This document shows positions 27,939 to 36,094 of a stretch of DNA of 58,992 nucleotides, one piece after another (position 1 is the first letter of the stretch; each line of letters begins with the position of its first letter). Origin of the DNA: an uncultured Thermotogae bacterium (GTDB lineage: Bacteria > Bipolaricaulota > Bipolaricaulia > RBG-16-55-9); assembly GCA_964567595.1 (NCBI GenBank), contig CAZMNF010000007.1:1-58992 (forward strand), given 5' to 3'. The notes beneath the pieces are model-generated. The model was not told the DNA's origin, made no database searches, and saw nothing but the letters and a program-made list of their open reading frames with translations. A program made the position numbers and the translations under genes.

Positions 27939-28718
27939 GTGAAGCCACAGGGCCGGCGCGATCGGCACGACACGGACGAGCCGATCCTCCAGGTCGAGGA
28001 CGTCACGCTGCGCTACGGCGACCAGTCCGCCCTCGACGAGCTCTCCTTCCAGCTGGAGACGGGCGAGCAGGTCGCCGTGGTCGGCCCCAACGGCGCGGGC
28101 AAGAGCACGCTGCTGAAGATCGTCGCCGGCATTCTCCAGCCCACTGCTGGCAGAATCCGCATCTACGGCCACCGCCCCGCGCGCCACGTCTGCGTCGCCT
28201 ACGTGCCACAGCGCAGCGAGATCGACTGGCGCTTCCCCGTCAACGTCTTCGACGTCGTGTTGATGGGCCGCATCAGCCAGCTGGGCCTGTTCCGTCGGCC
28301 ACGGGCGCACGATCGACAACTGGTCCGGGAGAGCCTGGAGACGCTCGACATCGACCACCTGGCTGAGCGCCAGATCGGCGAACTGTCCGGTGGTCAGCAG
28401 CAGCGGGTCTTCATCGCGCGAGCGTTGGCTCAGCAGGCTGAGCTGATGCTCTTGGACGAGCCGTTGAGGGGACTCGACGTCAACGCCGAGCGCGAGATCT
28501 GGGAGATCCTCGACGTGCTGCGCGAACAGGAGGTGACGAGCCTGGTGACCACCCACAACCTCGACCTGGCCGCCGAGCGCTTCGATCGGATTATGCTGCT
28601 CAACAAGGCGCTCTTCGGCTTCGGCCCGCCCAAGGAGACGCTCTCCGACAGCCGCGTCGCGGCGGCGTACGGCGGCCGAGCGTCGTTCCGCGAGTCGGTG
28701 ACCTCCTCCGATGCTTGA
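27939..28718 (+). CDS. Zn/Mn ABC transporter ATPase
   Basis: GPNGAGKST, YVPQ, LSGGQQQR and LLDEP motifs. Confidence 0.93.
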   Translation: MKPQGRRDRHDTDEPILQVEDVTLRYGDQSALDELSFQLETGEQVAVVGPNGAGKSTLLKIVAGILQPTAGRIRIYGHRPARHVCVAYVPQRSEIDWRFPVNVFDVVLMGRISQLGLFRRPRAHDRQLVRESLETLDIDHLAERQIGELSGGQQQRVFIARALAQQAELMLLDEPLRGLDVNAEREIWEILDVLREQEVTSLVTTHNLDLAAERFDRIMLLNKALFGFGPPKETLSDSRVAAAYGGRASFRESVTSSDA

Positions 28719-29568
28719 GACCCTCCTCGAGCCGCTGCAGTTCGGCTTCATGGTCCGTGGCCTCATCGCGGCGATCGTCGTGGGCATCGTCTGCTCGGTC
28801 GTCGGGACCTACGTCGTGTTACGCGGCATGGCGTTCTTCGGCAGCGCGCTGGCCCACTCCGTGCTGCCTGGCTTGGCTGCGGGGTATCTCGTCACGGGCG
28901 CGACGCGCGGGGTGCTGTTCTGGTGGGGATTGGCGACCGCGATCCTCGTCTCGCTCGGCATCGGCGTCGTCAGCAAGGCGGCCCGCCTCCGGGAGGACAC
29001 CGCCATCGGCATCCTCTTCGCGGCCATGTTTGCGCTCGGCATCGCGCTCATCTCCTCAACGAACAGCTACGCCGTCGACCTCACGCACTTCCTGTTCGGC
29101 AACGTGCTGGGCGTATCCACGGCCGACCTGTGGCAGATCGGGATTGCGGGCGCGGTCGTGCTCGTCGTCGTGGGGGCGCTCTACAAGGAGTTTTTGGTCC
29201 TGTCCTTCGATCCGACGCTGGCGCAGACGATGCGGCTTCCGACGCGGACGCTGGACAACCTGCTCTTGGTGCTGATCGCGGTCACGATCGTCGTATCGCT
29301 GCAGACCGTCGGCGTGGCGCTCATGGTCGCGATGCTCGTCACGCCCGCCGCGACGGGGACGCTGCTGTCGCGGCGTCTGCCCGGCGTCATGCTTGCCGCG
29401 GCGCTGGTGGGCGCGCTCTCGGGCGTGATCGGGCTCTACGCCTCGTACTTCATCGGCATTGCGTCCGGCCCGTCCATCGTGCTCGTCTGCACGGGGATCT
29501 TCCTCCTGGCGCTGATGCTGGCGCCGGGGCGGGGCAAGGTCTGGCAGTGGGCTCTGGCTTCAGAATGA
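28711..29568 (+). CDS. Zn/Mn ABC transporter permease
   Basis: ALAH..LPG, EDTAIG, LFGNVL and SFDP motifs. Confidence 0.93.
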   Translation: MLETLLEPLQFGFMVRGLIAAIVVGIVCSVVGTYVVLRGMAFFGSALAHSVLPGLAAGYLVTGATRGVLFWWGLATAILVSLGIGVVSKAARLREDTAIGILFAAMFALGIALISSTNSYAVDLTHFLFGNVLGVSTADLWQIGIAGAVVLVVVGALYKEFLVLSFDPTLAQTMRLPTRTLDNLLLVLIAVTIVVSLQTVGVALMVAMLVTPAATGTLLSRRLPGVMLAAALVGALSGVIGLYASYFIGIASGPSIVLVCTGIFLLALMLAPGRGKVWQWALASE

Positions 29569-29599
29569 CGCGCCCCGGCGTGGACGTGCCTTTGCAGAG

Positions 29600-29628
29600 T
29601 TGAAGCTCTCTTGAATCGGGTCTAAATT
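29600..29628 (+). promoter_or_regulatory. Sigma70-type promoter TTGAAG-N17-TAAATT
   Basis: Exact 17-nt spacer; ends 4 nt before ATG 29633 with no SD, so the mRNA is probably leaderless or near-leaderless. Confidence 0.55.
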
Positions 29629-29632
29629 CTCC

Positions 29633-30070
29633 ATGCTTATGAGGCTCGCGACCGGGACGCTCACGCTCGTGCTGGTGCTAGGGCTCGTCGTCAGCTCGAC
29701 GGCCTCGCTCTGTTGGTTCCACGGCTCGACAGGGAGGCTGACGGCTGACGCGCCGACTAATGGCCAACCCGCCCACGATCACGGGCACTCGCACTCCCAC
29801 GCGTCGGCTCACCCCCACCAGGATTCGGCGCATGCCTCAGAAGCGACGAGTCGCGCCGAGTCGCCCGATGACCTCATCTGCCACCACAATGGGCCCCATC
29901 CCGACGTCGCGACGACCGTGGAACTGCCCAATTCCCAGCTGATGGTCGATCCCGCCCCAGAGCGGAATCCCACGTTGGACGCCGTCTCCGCTATCCGGCA
30001 CGTCGACCAAGCGGCACGGTCGCCTCTGGACGTGTCCCCGCCCGACCGGCCTCCGGCTCGGTCTGCCTGA
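29633..30070 (+). CDS. His-rich exported leader protein with C-terminal PPDRPP (DUF2946/CutF-like uORF candidate)
   Basis: Hydrophobic N-terminus, HDHGHSHSHASAHPH, ICHH and Pro-rich C-terminus; first gene of the operon. Confidence 0.65.
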   Translation: MLMRLATGTLTLVLVLGLVVSSTASLCWFHGSTGRLTADAPTNGQPAHDHGHSHSHASAHPHQDSAHASEATSRAESPDDLICHHNGPHPDVATTVELPNSQLMVDPAPERNPTLDAVSAIRHVDQAARSPLDVSPPDRPPARSA

Positions 30071-30151
30071 CCCATCCGATTCTGCGAAGACGCAGCCAAG
30101 CTTCGCGTCCGAGACCATCCCGACGCGCAGGACCGAGAAAGGAGCCGAGCC
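30051..30151 (+). promoter_or_regulatory. RBS-sequestering mRNA structure
   Basis: CTCC(30051-54) pairs with SD GGAG(30141-44) and CTCGGTC(30057-63) with GACCGAG(30131-37), enclosing hairpins CTGCG/CGCAG and CGCGTC/GACGCG. Confidence 0.55.
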
Positions 30152-30154
30152 ATC

Positions 30155-30715
30155 ATGAAACGCCGCTTGATCGTCATGTCGGCGCTGCTCGCCGTTGGCC
30201 TGATCGCCGCTTTTGCGTTCGGTTTGAGCCCGTTCACATCCCCCGAGACCGAGGCCCAAATCGATGAGCCCCGCACCACCCAAAGGATGCAGTCGGTCGG
30301 GTCGACGACGTGGGAGGGCATGCGCATCAGCGTGGCACGTGCTGAGCCGTCCCGGTTCATGATCTTCCAGGGCCAGGACAACCGGCGCGTGGTTGAACCG
30401 CAGCCCGAGGACAGCGTCCACCTCATGGCCGTGCTGGCCGACGAGCAGACGGGCGAGCGCATCCCCTACTCGACGGTCTGGTTCACCATCAAGGACCAGG
30501 ACGGCGACGTCGTCTTCGATGACCGGACTTGGCCCATGCTCTCGCAGAACATGGGCACGCACTACGGCGTCAACGTCGGCTTCCCCGAGCCGGGCACTTA
30601 CGACGTGGAGGTCCAGATCGGGGCCCCCATCTCCGCGCGCCATCCCGAGTACATGGACCGCTGGCTCGACCAGTTCACCTTCGAGACCGAGATCGAATGG
30701 GAAGGTGAGCAGTGA
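30155..30715 (+). CDS. P19/Tp34-like exported metal-binding protein
   Basis: Signal peptide; HLMA..D, PM....G.HYG.NV, PG.Y and RH, matching the P19/Tp34 pattern. Confidence 0.75.
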   Translation: MKRRLIVMSALLAVGLIAAFAFGLSPFTSPETEAQIDEPRTTQRMQSVGSTTWEGMRISVARAEPSRFMIFQGQDNRRVVEPQPEDSVHLMAVLADEQTGERIPYSTVWFTIKDQDGDVVFDDRTWPMLSQNMGTHYGVNVGFPEPGTYDVEVQIGAPISARHPEYMDRWLDQFTFETEIEWEGEQ

Positions 30716-31932
30716 TGGAACCGATCCCCCGCCGACGCTTCCTCCGCGGGGCGGGGCTCACCGTCGGCGGCTTGCTGGTCGGTGGGCCGACGACGCTGAT
30801 CCGAGCTGAGCCGGGGCCCGAGTTGGGCCCCGCTCCGGATCGGCCGGAGCGCCAACACGCTTGGAACGATTTCCTGCGCGTCAACGCGGACGGCAACCCG
30901 GTCATGCCGAGATTCCATCGGCTCTTGATGTTCGACGTGGACGGCGACGCGACGCCAACGGCCGTTCGGCGTCTGGAAGCCCAGCTGCGCGACTGGGAGC
31001 GCCGCTACGACTGGTCGTCCGAGGGCCTGATGTTCGTGCTCGGCTGGGGCCCCAAGTACTTCGCCGAACGCCTCGGCGTGGACGCGCCCATCCCGCGCCC
31101 TCAAGCCCTGAGCAGCTTCGAGACGCCCAAATTCGACGACTACGAGGCCTGCCTCCATCTGGCCAGCGACGACGAGGTGCGGCTCAACCGATTGGAGGCG
31201 GAGCTGCGCGAGGGCGACTTCCGGGTCCGGGAGACGCTCCGTCGCCGAGAGACGCGCACGGGCTTCGTCGGCGAGGGCCTGCCGGCCGAGCGCCAGGACG
31301 TGTCCGGGATCCCGTCGGGATGCCCCGTTTCGGGTGATTCCCCGCTTTATATGGGGTTCAGCTCGGGATTCCGGAGAAACCAGGCGACCGAGGACGAGGT
31401 GGCCATTCCGGATGGCCCCTTGGCGGGAGGCACGACGATGCAAGTCAGCTGGCTACGGCTGCGACTGGAGGGCTGGTACGAGCTGCTCGACCCCGAGGAG
31501 CGCGTCGATCGCATGTTCGCGCCCTCGCTCACCAGCGACGACGTTGAGGCCCTGACGAGCGAAGCACCGACCTTCACCGATCAACTGGCCCAGACCGCGC
31601 GCGAGCAAGGCGTCATCGGCCACCTGCAGGCAGCGGCGCAGGCGCGACGCAACGGCCGCCCGCTCATCCTGCGGCGCGACTTCAACACGACCGACGAGGG
31701 AACGGCCGGGCTCCATTTCGTCTCGTTGCAGCGCTCGATCGACGACTTCGTCCAGACCCGGCGAGCCATGAACGCCTCCAACATGATTTTTGAAAATCCG
31801 TCGATCAAGCCGCGCGTCAACAACGGCATCAAGGAGTCGATCTTTGTGCTGCGCCGCGCCAACTACCTCGTGCCGTCGCGGGCACAACGGGCGTTCCCCT
31901 TGTTGCCGAACCGAGAGGATGGGATCGGATGA
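30712..31932 (+). CDS. Tat-exported DyP-peroxidase-like protein
   Basis: RRRFL twin-arginine signal; GF, MGF, GGT..VS, GH, ILRR, GLHFVSLQ and NYLVP echo the DyP/EfeB fold. Confidence 0.7.
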   Translation: MMEPIPRRRFLRGAGLTVGGLLVGGPTTLIRAEPGPELGPAPDRPERQHAWNDFLRVNADGNPVMPRFHRLLMFDVDGDATPTAVRRLEAQLRDWERRYDWSSEGLMFVLGWGPKYFAERLGVDAPIPRPQALSSFETPKFDDYEACLHLASDDEVRLNRLEAELREGDFRVRETLRRRETRTGFVGEGLPAERQDVSGIPSGCPVSGDSPLYMGFSSGFRRNQATEDEVAIPDGPLAGGTTMQVSWLRLRLEGWYELLDPEERVDRMFAPSLTSDDVEALTSEAPTFTDQLAQTAREQGVIGHLQAAAQARRNGRPLILRRDFNTTDEGTAGLHFVSLQRSIDDFVQTRRAMNASNMIFENPSIKPRVNNGIKESIFVLRRANYLVPSRAQRAFPLLPNREDGIG

Positions 31933-32486
31933 GGCGTCCGCAACGTCCGTGTTCGCGTCAACCCTTTGTCATTGGGGGCCTGGCCCTGGCCGCCGGTCTG
32001 CTCGTCACCCTCGCTGCGCCCTTGTCGTTGGCACACGGCGGGGAGGAGGTCTTCTCCGGCGAGGTCGGGCCCTACTACGTTGTCGCCAACAAGTCGGTCG
32101 AAGCGTCGCAGGGCGAGCCCCACCTCGAATACACCGTCTTCCTCCGCGATGCGGAAGACCGCCGTCCGGTTTCGGCCGACCGCGCCTCGCTCCAGGTCAG
32201 CGCGGAGACGCCAGGCGAGTCGCTTGGACCAATCGACGCCGAGGAGTTTAGCAATCAGTACTACATCTTTGAGCCGATTGGCCAGGGCGGAACGTGGACC
32301 ATGGAGGTCGGTATCGAGGGCGAGCTCGGCGAGGCCAGCTTCTCGCACGAGCTCCAGTTGCCGAGGCAGGCGTGGTACGACGTCGTCACGGACGCGTCCC
32401 TGCCCGTGCTCGCCGGGGTTGGGGTCGCCGCATTGATGCTCATCGGCGGCGTCGTCTACTGGCGCGTCGGGCGGACACGCGACTGA
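31929..32486 (+). CDS. Exported membrane-anchored protein with predicted N-terminal His
   Basis: Signal peptide ending SLA-HGG, beta-rich YtkA/FixH-like core (G.W.M.V.I.G) and C-terminal TM; ATGA coupling to the upstream gene. Confidence 0.7.
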   Translation: MRRPQRPCSRQPFVIGGLALAAGLLVTLAAPLSLAHGGEEVFSGEVGPYYVVANKSVEASQGEPHLEYTVFLRDAEDRRPVSADRASLQVSAETPGESLGPIDAEEFSNQYYIFEPIGQGGTWTMEVGIEGELGEASFSHELQLPRQAWYDVVTDASLPVLAGVGVAALMLIGGVVYWRVGRTRD

Positions 32487-32536
32487 GATGCGCGGATCTC
32501 GATACGGCCGGTCGACTTGATCCTAGTGTGGACACG

Positions 32537-33214
32537 TCAATCGGCATCAATCGTCTCCAGCCGGAAGCCGTTCCGCCCCCGACGGAGGTGCGCGCGGCGG
32601 GTAATCGCGCCGTCGCTGGTTTGGTAACAGCGCTTGAGCAACGCCTCCATCCGCGTCGTGAGATCCATGCGCTCATCCAGAAGCCATTGCCGGGTGGACG
32701 AGCCAAACTCGTCGGTCGGCTGGGCGGTCGGATAGCGCGCGACGGCCTGGGGAGTTCGGGATGGCCCTTGCAGCTCTCGCGGCCGGTAGCCCGTCGATGG
32801 TTGCCACACGCAGAGCTTGGCACGCTCCTTGCCCTGACCGGCCAGAAAGATCTGCGTCGATTCCCCGTCGTCCAGCTGCGAAACCTCGGTTAAGATCGGC
32901 ACGTGCCGATCGATGCGGCGTTTGGCCTCCCGGTACGTCAGGCCCGGCCTTCCATGGCCAGATGTCTCAATGTCGTTCAACACCCGATGGCGATCCGTGG
33001 CCTCGTCGATGCGCCACCCCACGAGCCGCGCCAGGATGGCGTTGGCATAAAAGGCATTGCCGCAAGCGCCTGCCGCCAACGCGTCGTTGATTCGGATCGA
33101 CTTCACGACGTCGGTCTGCGGCGCCAGTGCGGGATCACTCGGCCAAGCCAAACAGTCGGTGAACAGGATCGCGTCGCCCGCTTGACCGCCGACGATCCCC
33201 ACGATGAGCGTCAT
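32537..33214 (-). CDS. Hypothetical proteasome-beta-like Ntn-hydrolase fold protein
   Basis: M-TLIVGI..AILFTD..KSIRINDALAAGACG mirrors the Thr1/Asp17/Lys33/Gly47 pattern. Confidence 0.55.
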   Translation of the reverse strand: MTLIVGIVGGQAGDAILFTDCLAWPSDPALAPQTDVVKSIRINDALAAGACGNAFYANAILARLVGWRIDEATDRHRVLNDIETSGHGRPGLTYREAKRRIDRHVPILTEVSQLDDGESTQIFLAGQGKERAKLCVWQPSTGYRPRELQGPSRTPQAVARYPTAQPTDEFGSSTRQWLLDERMDLTTRMEALLKRCYQTSDGAITRRAHLRRGRNGFRLETIDAD

Positions 33215-33282
33215 CCCGTCTCAACTTAGCAGAGAATTCCCATCGGGCAAACCGGTCAAGCGCTCCGTGAAGGTCGGCACGA

Positions 33283-33328
33283 TTGATATAAGCCATTGCT
33301 AATACTAAAATTAGCCTATCCAAAAATT
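33283..33328 (+). promoter_or_regulatory. Promoter TTGATA-N17-TAAAAT with an overlapping DtxR/MntR-like box
   Basis: Exact spacing; AAATTAGCCTATCCAAAAATT overlaps -10/+1; AT-rich island upstream of a Mn transporter. Confidence 0.55.
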
Positions 33329-33373
33329 GAGATCCCCGCTGGATGACCAGCTCGTCGTAGGGAGGGAAGCGGG

Positions 33374-34582
33374 TTGAACGAGATTGTCGAGATCTTCGTC
33401 GTGTCGGTCCGGGACGGCTTCGTTCAGGTCAGCGCGTTCGTGGCGGTGACCGTGCTGCTGTTCAGCTACATCCAGTATCGCAGCCATGGGGTGCTCATGG
33501 ACAAGCTGCGAGCCCATCGCCGCCTACAGCCGCTGGTGGGCGCGCTGATGGGGCTGACCCCGGGCTGCGGCGGCGCGATCGTCATGATGCCGCTCTACGT
33601 CCGCGGAACGGTCAGCTTCGGCACGGTCGTCTCGACGCTGGCGGCAACCGCTGGAGATTCGGCGTTCGTCATTCTGGCGTTAGCGCCCCAAGCGGCGCTC
33701 TACGTCTATGCGATGGCGTTCGTCGCGGCGCTTGCCTTCGGCTACGCCATTGACGTCTTTGGCCTTGGCGTGGGCCACATGAACCATGCCATAGAGCAAT
33801 CCCACTATGGGGAGCAGTCCGCGTTCGGCTGGAGCGCCAATCCCGCGCACGACTACGAGGGCGCCGCGCCCGTGCACGCCCATCCGACGGGCCCGGATCG
33901 ACGATCGCCGATCCTGACGCCGCTCAGCCAGGCCGCTCACTGGCTCTGGTGGGGGACGGCGTTGCTCGCGCTGTATTTGGGCATCAGCTATCTCGCCCAA
34001 GGCGGTCCTGAGGTGCCGCTCGCGCTCGGCCTGTCGTTTGCCGGAGGGTTCACGATCGTCGGCGTGGCGGGCACGACCCTGTCGTTCTACCTTTACTTCG
34101 TGGGGCGCCACTTTATTGGCGAAGGGAAGATCGGCCAAGCGAGAGAGTCGTTTGCCAATTTGACCGACACGCTCCAGCACGCTGCCATGGAGACGAGCTT
34201 TGTCACCGTTTGGGTGCTGGCGGCCTATCTCGTCTACGAGTACCCGGTGGCGCTGTTCGATCTCGATATTGCGGCGATCGCGGCTAGCGCGGGCGTCTTG
34301 GCCCCCATCGCCGGCGCGGCCATCGGCCTCATTCCCGGCTGCGGCCCGCAGATCGTCCTGGCCGGGGCGTACGCGCAGGGGGCGATTCCCGTCTCGGCGC
34401 TGGCGGCCAACGCCATCAGCCAGGACGGCGACGCGCTCTTCCCGCTGCTCGCCATCGACCGGAAGGCGGCCTTGCTAGCGACCGTCTACACGGCGATTCC
34501 GGCGCTGATCGTCGGGCTGTTGCTCTACTTCCTCTGGGAACCCGTCTTGGGGCTGCCGGCGTTCGGATTCGGGGCGCTCTGA
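33374..34582 (+). CDS. Putative manganese transporter (10-TM heavy-metal family)
   Basis: Internal duplication of PGCG..GD motifs (TPGCGG..AGD; IPGCGPQ..QDGDA); TTG start with GGAGG RBS. Confidence 0.85.
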   Translation: MNEIVEIFVVSVRDGFVQVSAFVAVTVLLFSYIQYRSHGVLMDKLRAHRRLQPLVGALMGLTPGCGGAIVMMPLYVRGTVSFGTVVSTLAATAGDSAFVILALAPQAALYVYAMAFVAALAFGYAIDVFGLGVGHMNHAIEQSHYGEQSAFGWSANPAHDYEGAAPVHAHPTGPDRRSPILTPLSQAAHWLWWGTALLALYLGISYLAQGGPEVPLALGLSFAGGFTIVGVAGTTLSFYLYFVGRHFIGEGKIGQARESFANLTDTLQHAAMETSFVTVWVLAAYLVYEYPVALFDLDIAAIAASAGVLAPIAGAAIGLIPGCGPQIVLAGAYAQGAIPVSALAANAISQDGDALFPLLAIDRKAALLATVYTAIPALIVGLLLYFLWEPVLGLPAFGFGAL

Positions 34583-34667
34583 TCGCGCCCCAACGGCTGG
34601 CGTCGCCCAGCTGACGTCACGGCGGGTCCCTAGTCGACGGGAGGCCGCAATGCAAGCGCGAATGATG

Positions 34668-35579
34668 TCAGTCGCTCTCCACAGGCGGGGAGGCCGGTGC
34701 CGCGCGGTGCGTTCGCCGGTTGACCGCCCAGACCCCGGAGGCCACCAGGACGGTCCCCAAGCCGAGCCGCCAATCCAGCGGTTCATTGAGGAACGTGACC
34801 CCGAGCAGCACGCCGACGATCGGCATCACGTAGGTGACCATCACGGTCCGGGTGGGGCCGGCCCGCTGGATGAGGCCGAAGTAGATGAGATAAGCCACGC
34901 AGGAGCCCAACAGCCCAAGCCAGAGCAGCGCCAGCCACGTCAGGGGCTCCGTCGGGATGACGACGGGCGACTCCACGACGGGCACTGAGGCCCACAGCGC
35001 AACGTCAGCCACCAGAACGATCGTCAGCGCCTGGAACATCGGGGCGACGTCCCCCAGGTTGCGTCGGGCAAAGACCGAGCTGCCCGCGTAGCAGATCGCC
35101 GCGCCGAGCACGGCCAGTTGGCCGACGATGCCCTGGTCGAAGCCCGCCGGCCCCACGTCGCGGCTCATTAGCGCCACGACGCCGCCGAAGCCGGCCATCA
35201 GCCCCACGAACCGCATCCACGTCATCCGCTCGTCTTGAAGCAAGAAGTGGGCGATCAGCAGCGTGAACAGCGGGACGGTGCCGTTCAGGATCGAAGCGAC
35301 GCCGGAGTCGATGCGCGTCTCGCCCCAGGAGATGAGCACGAACGGCACCGCAGTGTTCGTGAATCCCAGCACCAGCAGCGTCAGCCAGGTTTGGCGCTCG
35401 CGCGGCATCGGGGGACGCTTGATCGCCACGATCGCCAGTAGTCCGATTGCCCCGAACAGCAAGCGGTACGCCACGAGCGTGAACGGCCCGACCTCCTGGA
35501 CGGCAATCTTGATCCAGAGGAACGACGAGCCCCAGATGAGCGCAAGCATGGCGAAGAGGAGCCAATCTTTCGGTTGCAT
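34668..35579 (-). CDS. EamA/DMT-family transporter
   Basis: LIWGSSF, SGVASILN..PLFT and LGV.FL.E motifs; about 10 TM segments. Confidence 0.92.
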   Translation of the reverse strand: MQPKDWLLFAMLALIWGSSFLWIKIAVQEVGPFTLVAYRLLFGAIGLLAIVAIKRPPMPRERQTWLTLLVLGFTNTAVPFVLISWGETRIDSGVASILNGTVPLFTLLIAHFLLQDERMTWMRFVGLMAGFGGVVALMSRDVGPAGFDQGIVGQLAVLGAAICYAGSSVFARRNLGDVAPMFQALTIVLVADVALWASVPVVESPVVIPTEPLTWLALLWLGLLGSCVAYLIYFGLIQRAGPTRTVMVTYVMPIVGVLLGVTFLNEPLDWRLGLGTVLVASGVWAVNRRTHRAAPASPPVESD

Positions 35580-35667
35580 AGCCGCCCTCTGTCAAGGCCG
35601 TCGCCATGGAAGAACGACGGTTCATCCTCGACGAAAGCCCAAGTCTAGGCGGTTTGGCTGGGCGGAT

Positions 35668-36090
35668 TCAAGTTGGCAGGTGATACAGCATCCAGTAGAC
35701 GAGCCAGCCCGTGATCGCCACGTAGAGCCAACTGGGAAACGTCCAGCGGGCGATCCGTTTGTGGCGGGCGTAGTCGCCGCGGAAGGCGCGACGGACGGTG
35801 ATGATCGCCATGGGAACGATCGCGATGGCCATAACGATGTGCGTGATCAACACGACGTAGTAGACGGCCTCGATCCAGCCCTCGCCCGTGAACGGGGCCG
35901 AGCCGAACAGCGCCCAGCGAATCACGTAGACGATGAGGAAGCCGACCGCCAGCAGGGCCGCTGTCAGCATGAAGCGTTTGTGCCAGCTGACGCGGCCGCC
36001 CTTGATGAAGCCGAAGCCGGCCAACAGACAGACGCCGCTCGTGGCGATGAGCGCCGCATCGAGGGCGGGAAGCAGGGATTCCCAATCCAT
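35668..36090 (-). CDS. DUF420/CtaM-family oxidase assembly membrane protein
   Basis: HKRFM, FL..Y, L.TH and HKRIARWT...WLYV..TG..VY motifs. Start MDWES at 36090. Confidence 0.88.
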   Translation of the reverse strand: MDWESLLPALDAALIATSGVCLLAGFGFIKGGRVSWHKRFMLTAALLAVGFLIVYVIRWALFGSAPFTGEGWIEAVYYVVLITHIVMAIAIVPMAIITVRRAFRGDYARHKRIARWTFPSWLYVAITGWLVYWMLYHLPT

Positions 36091-36094
36091 ATTT

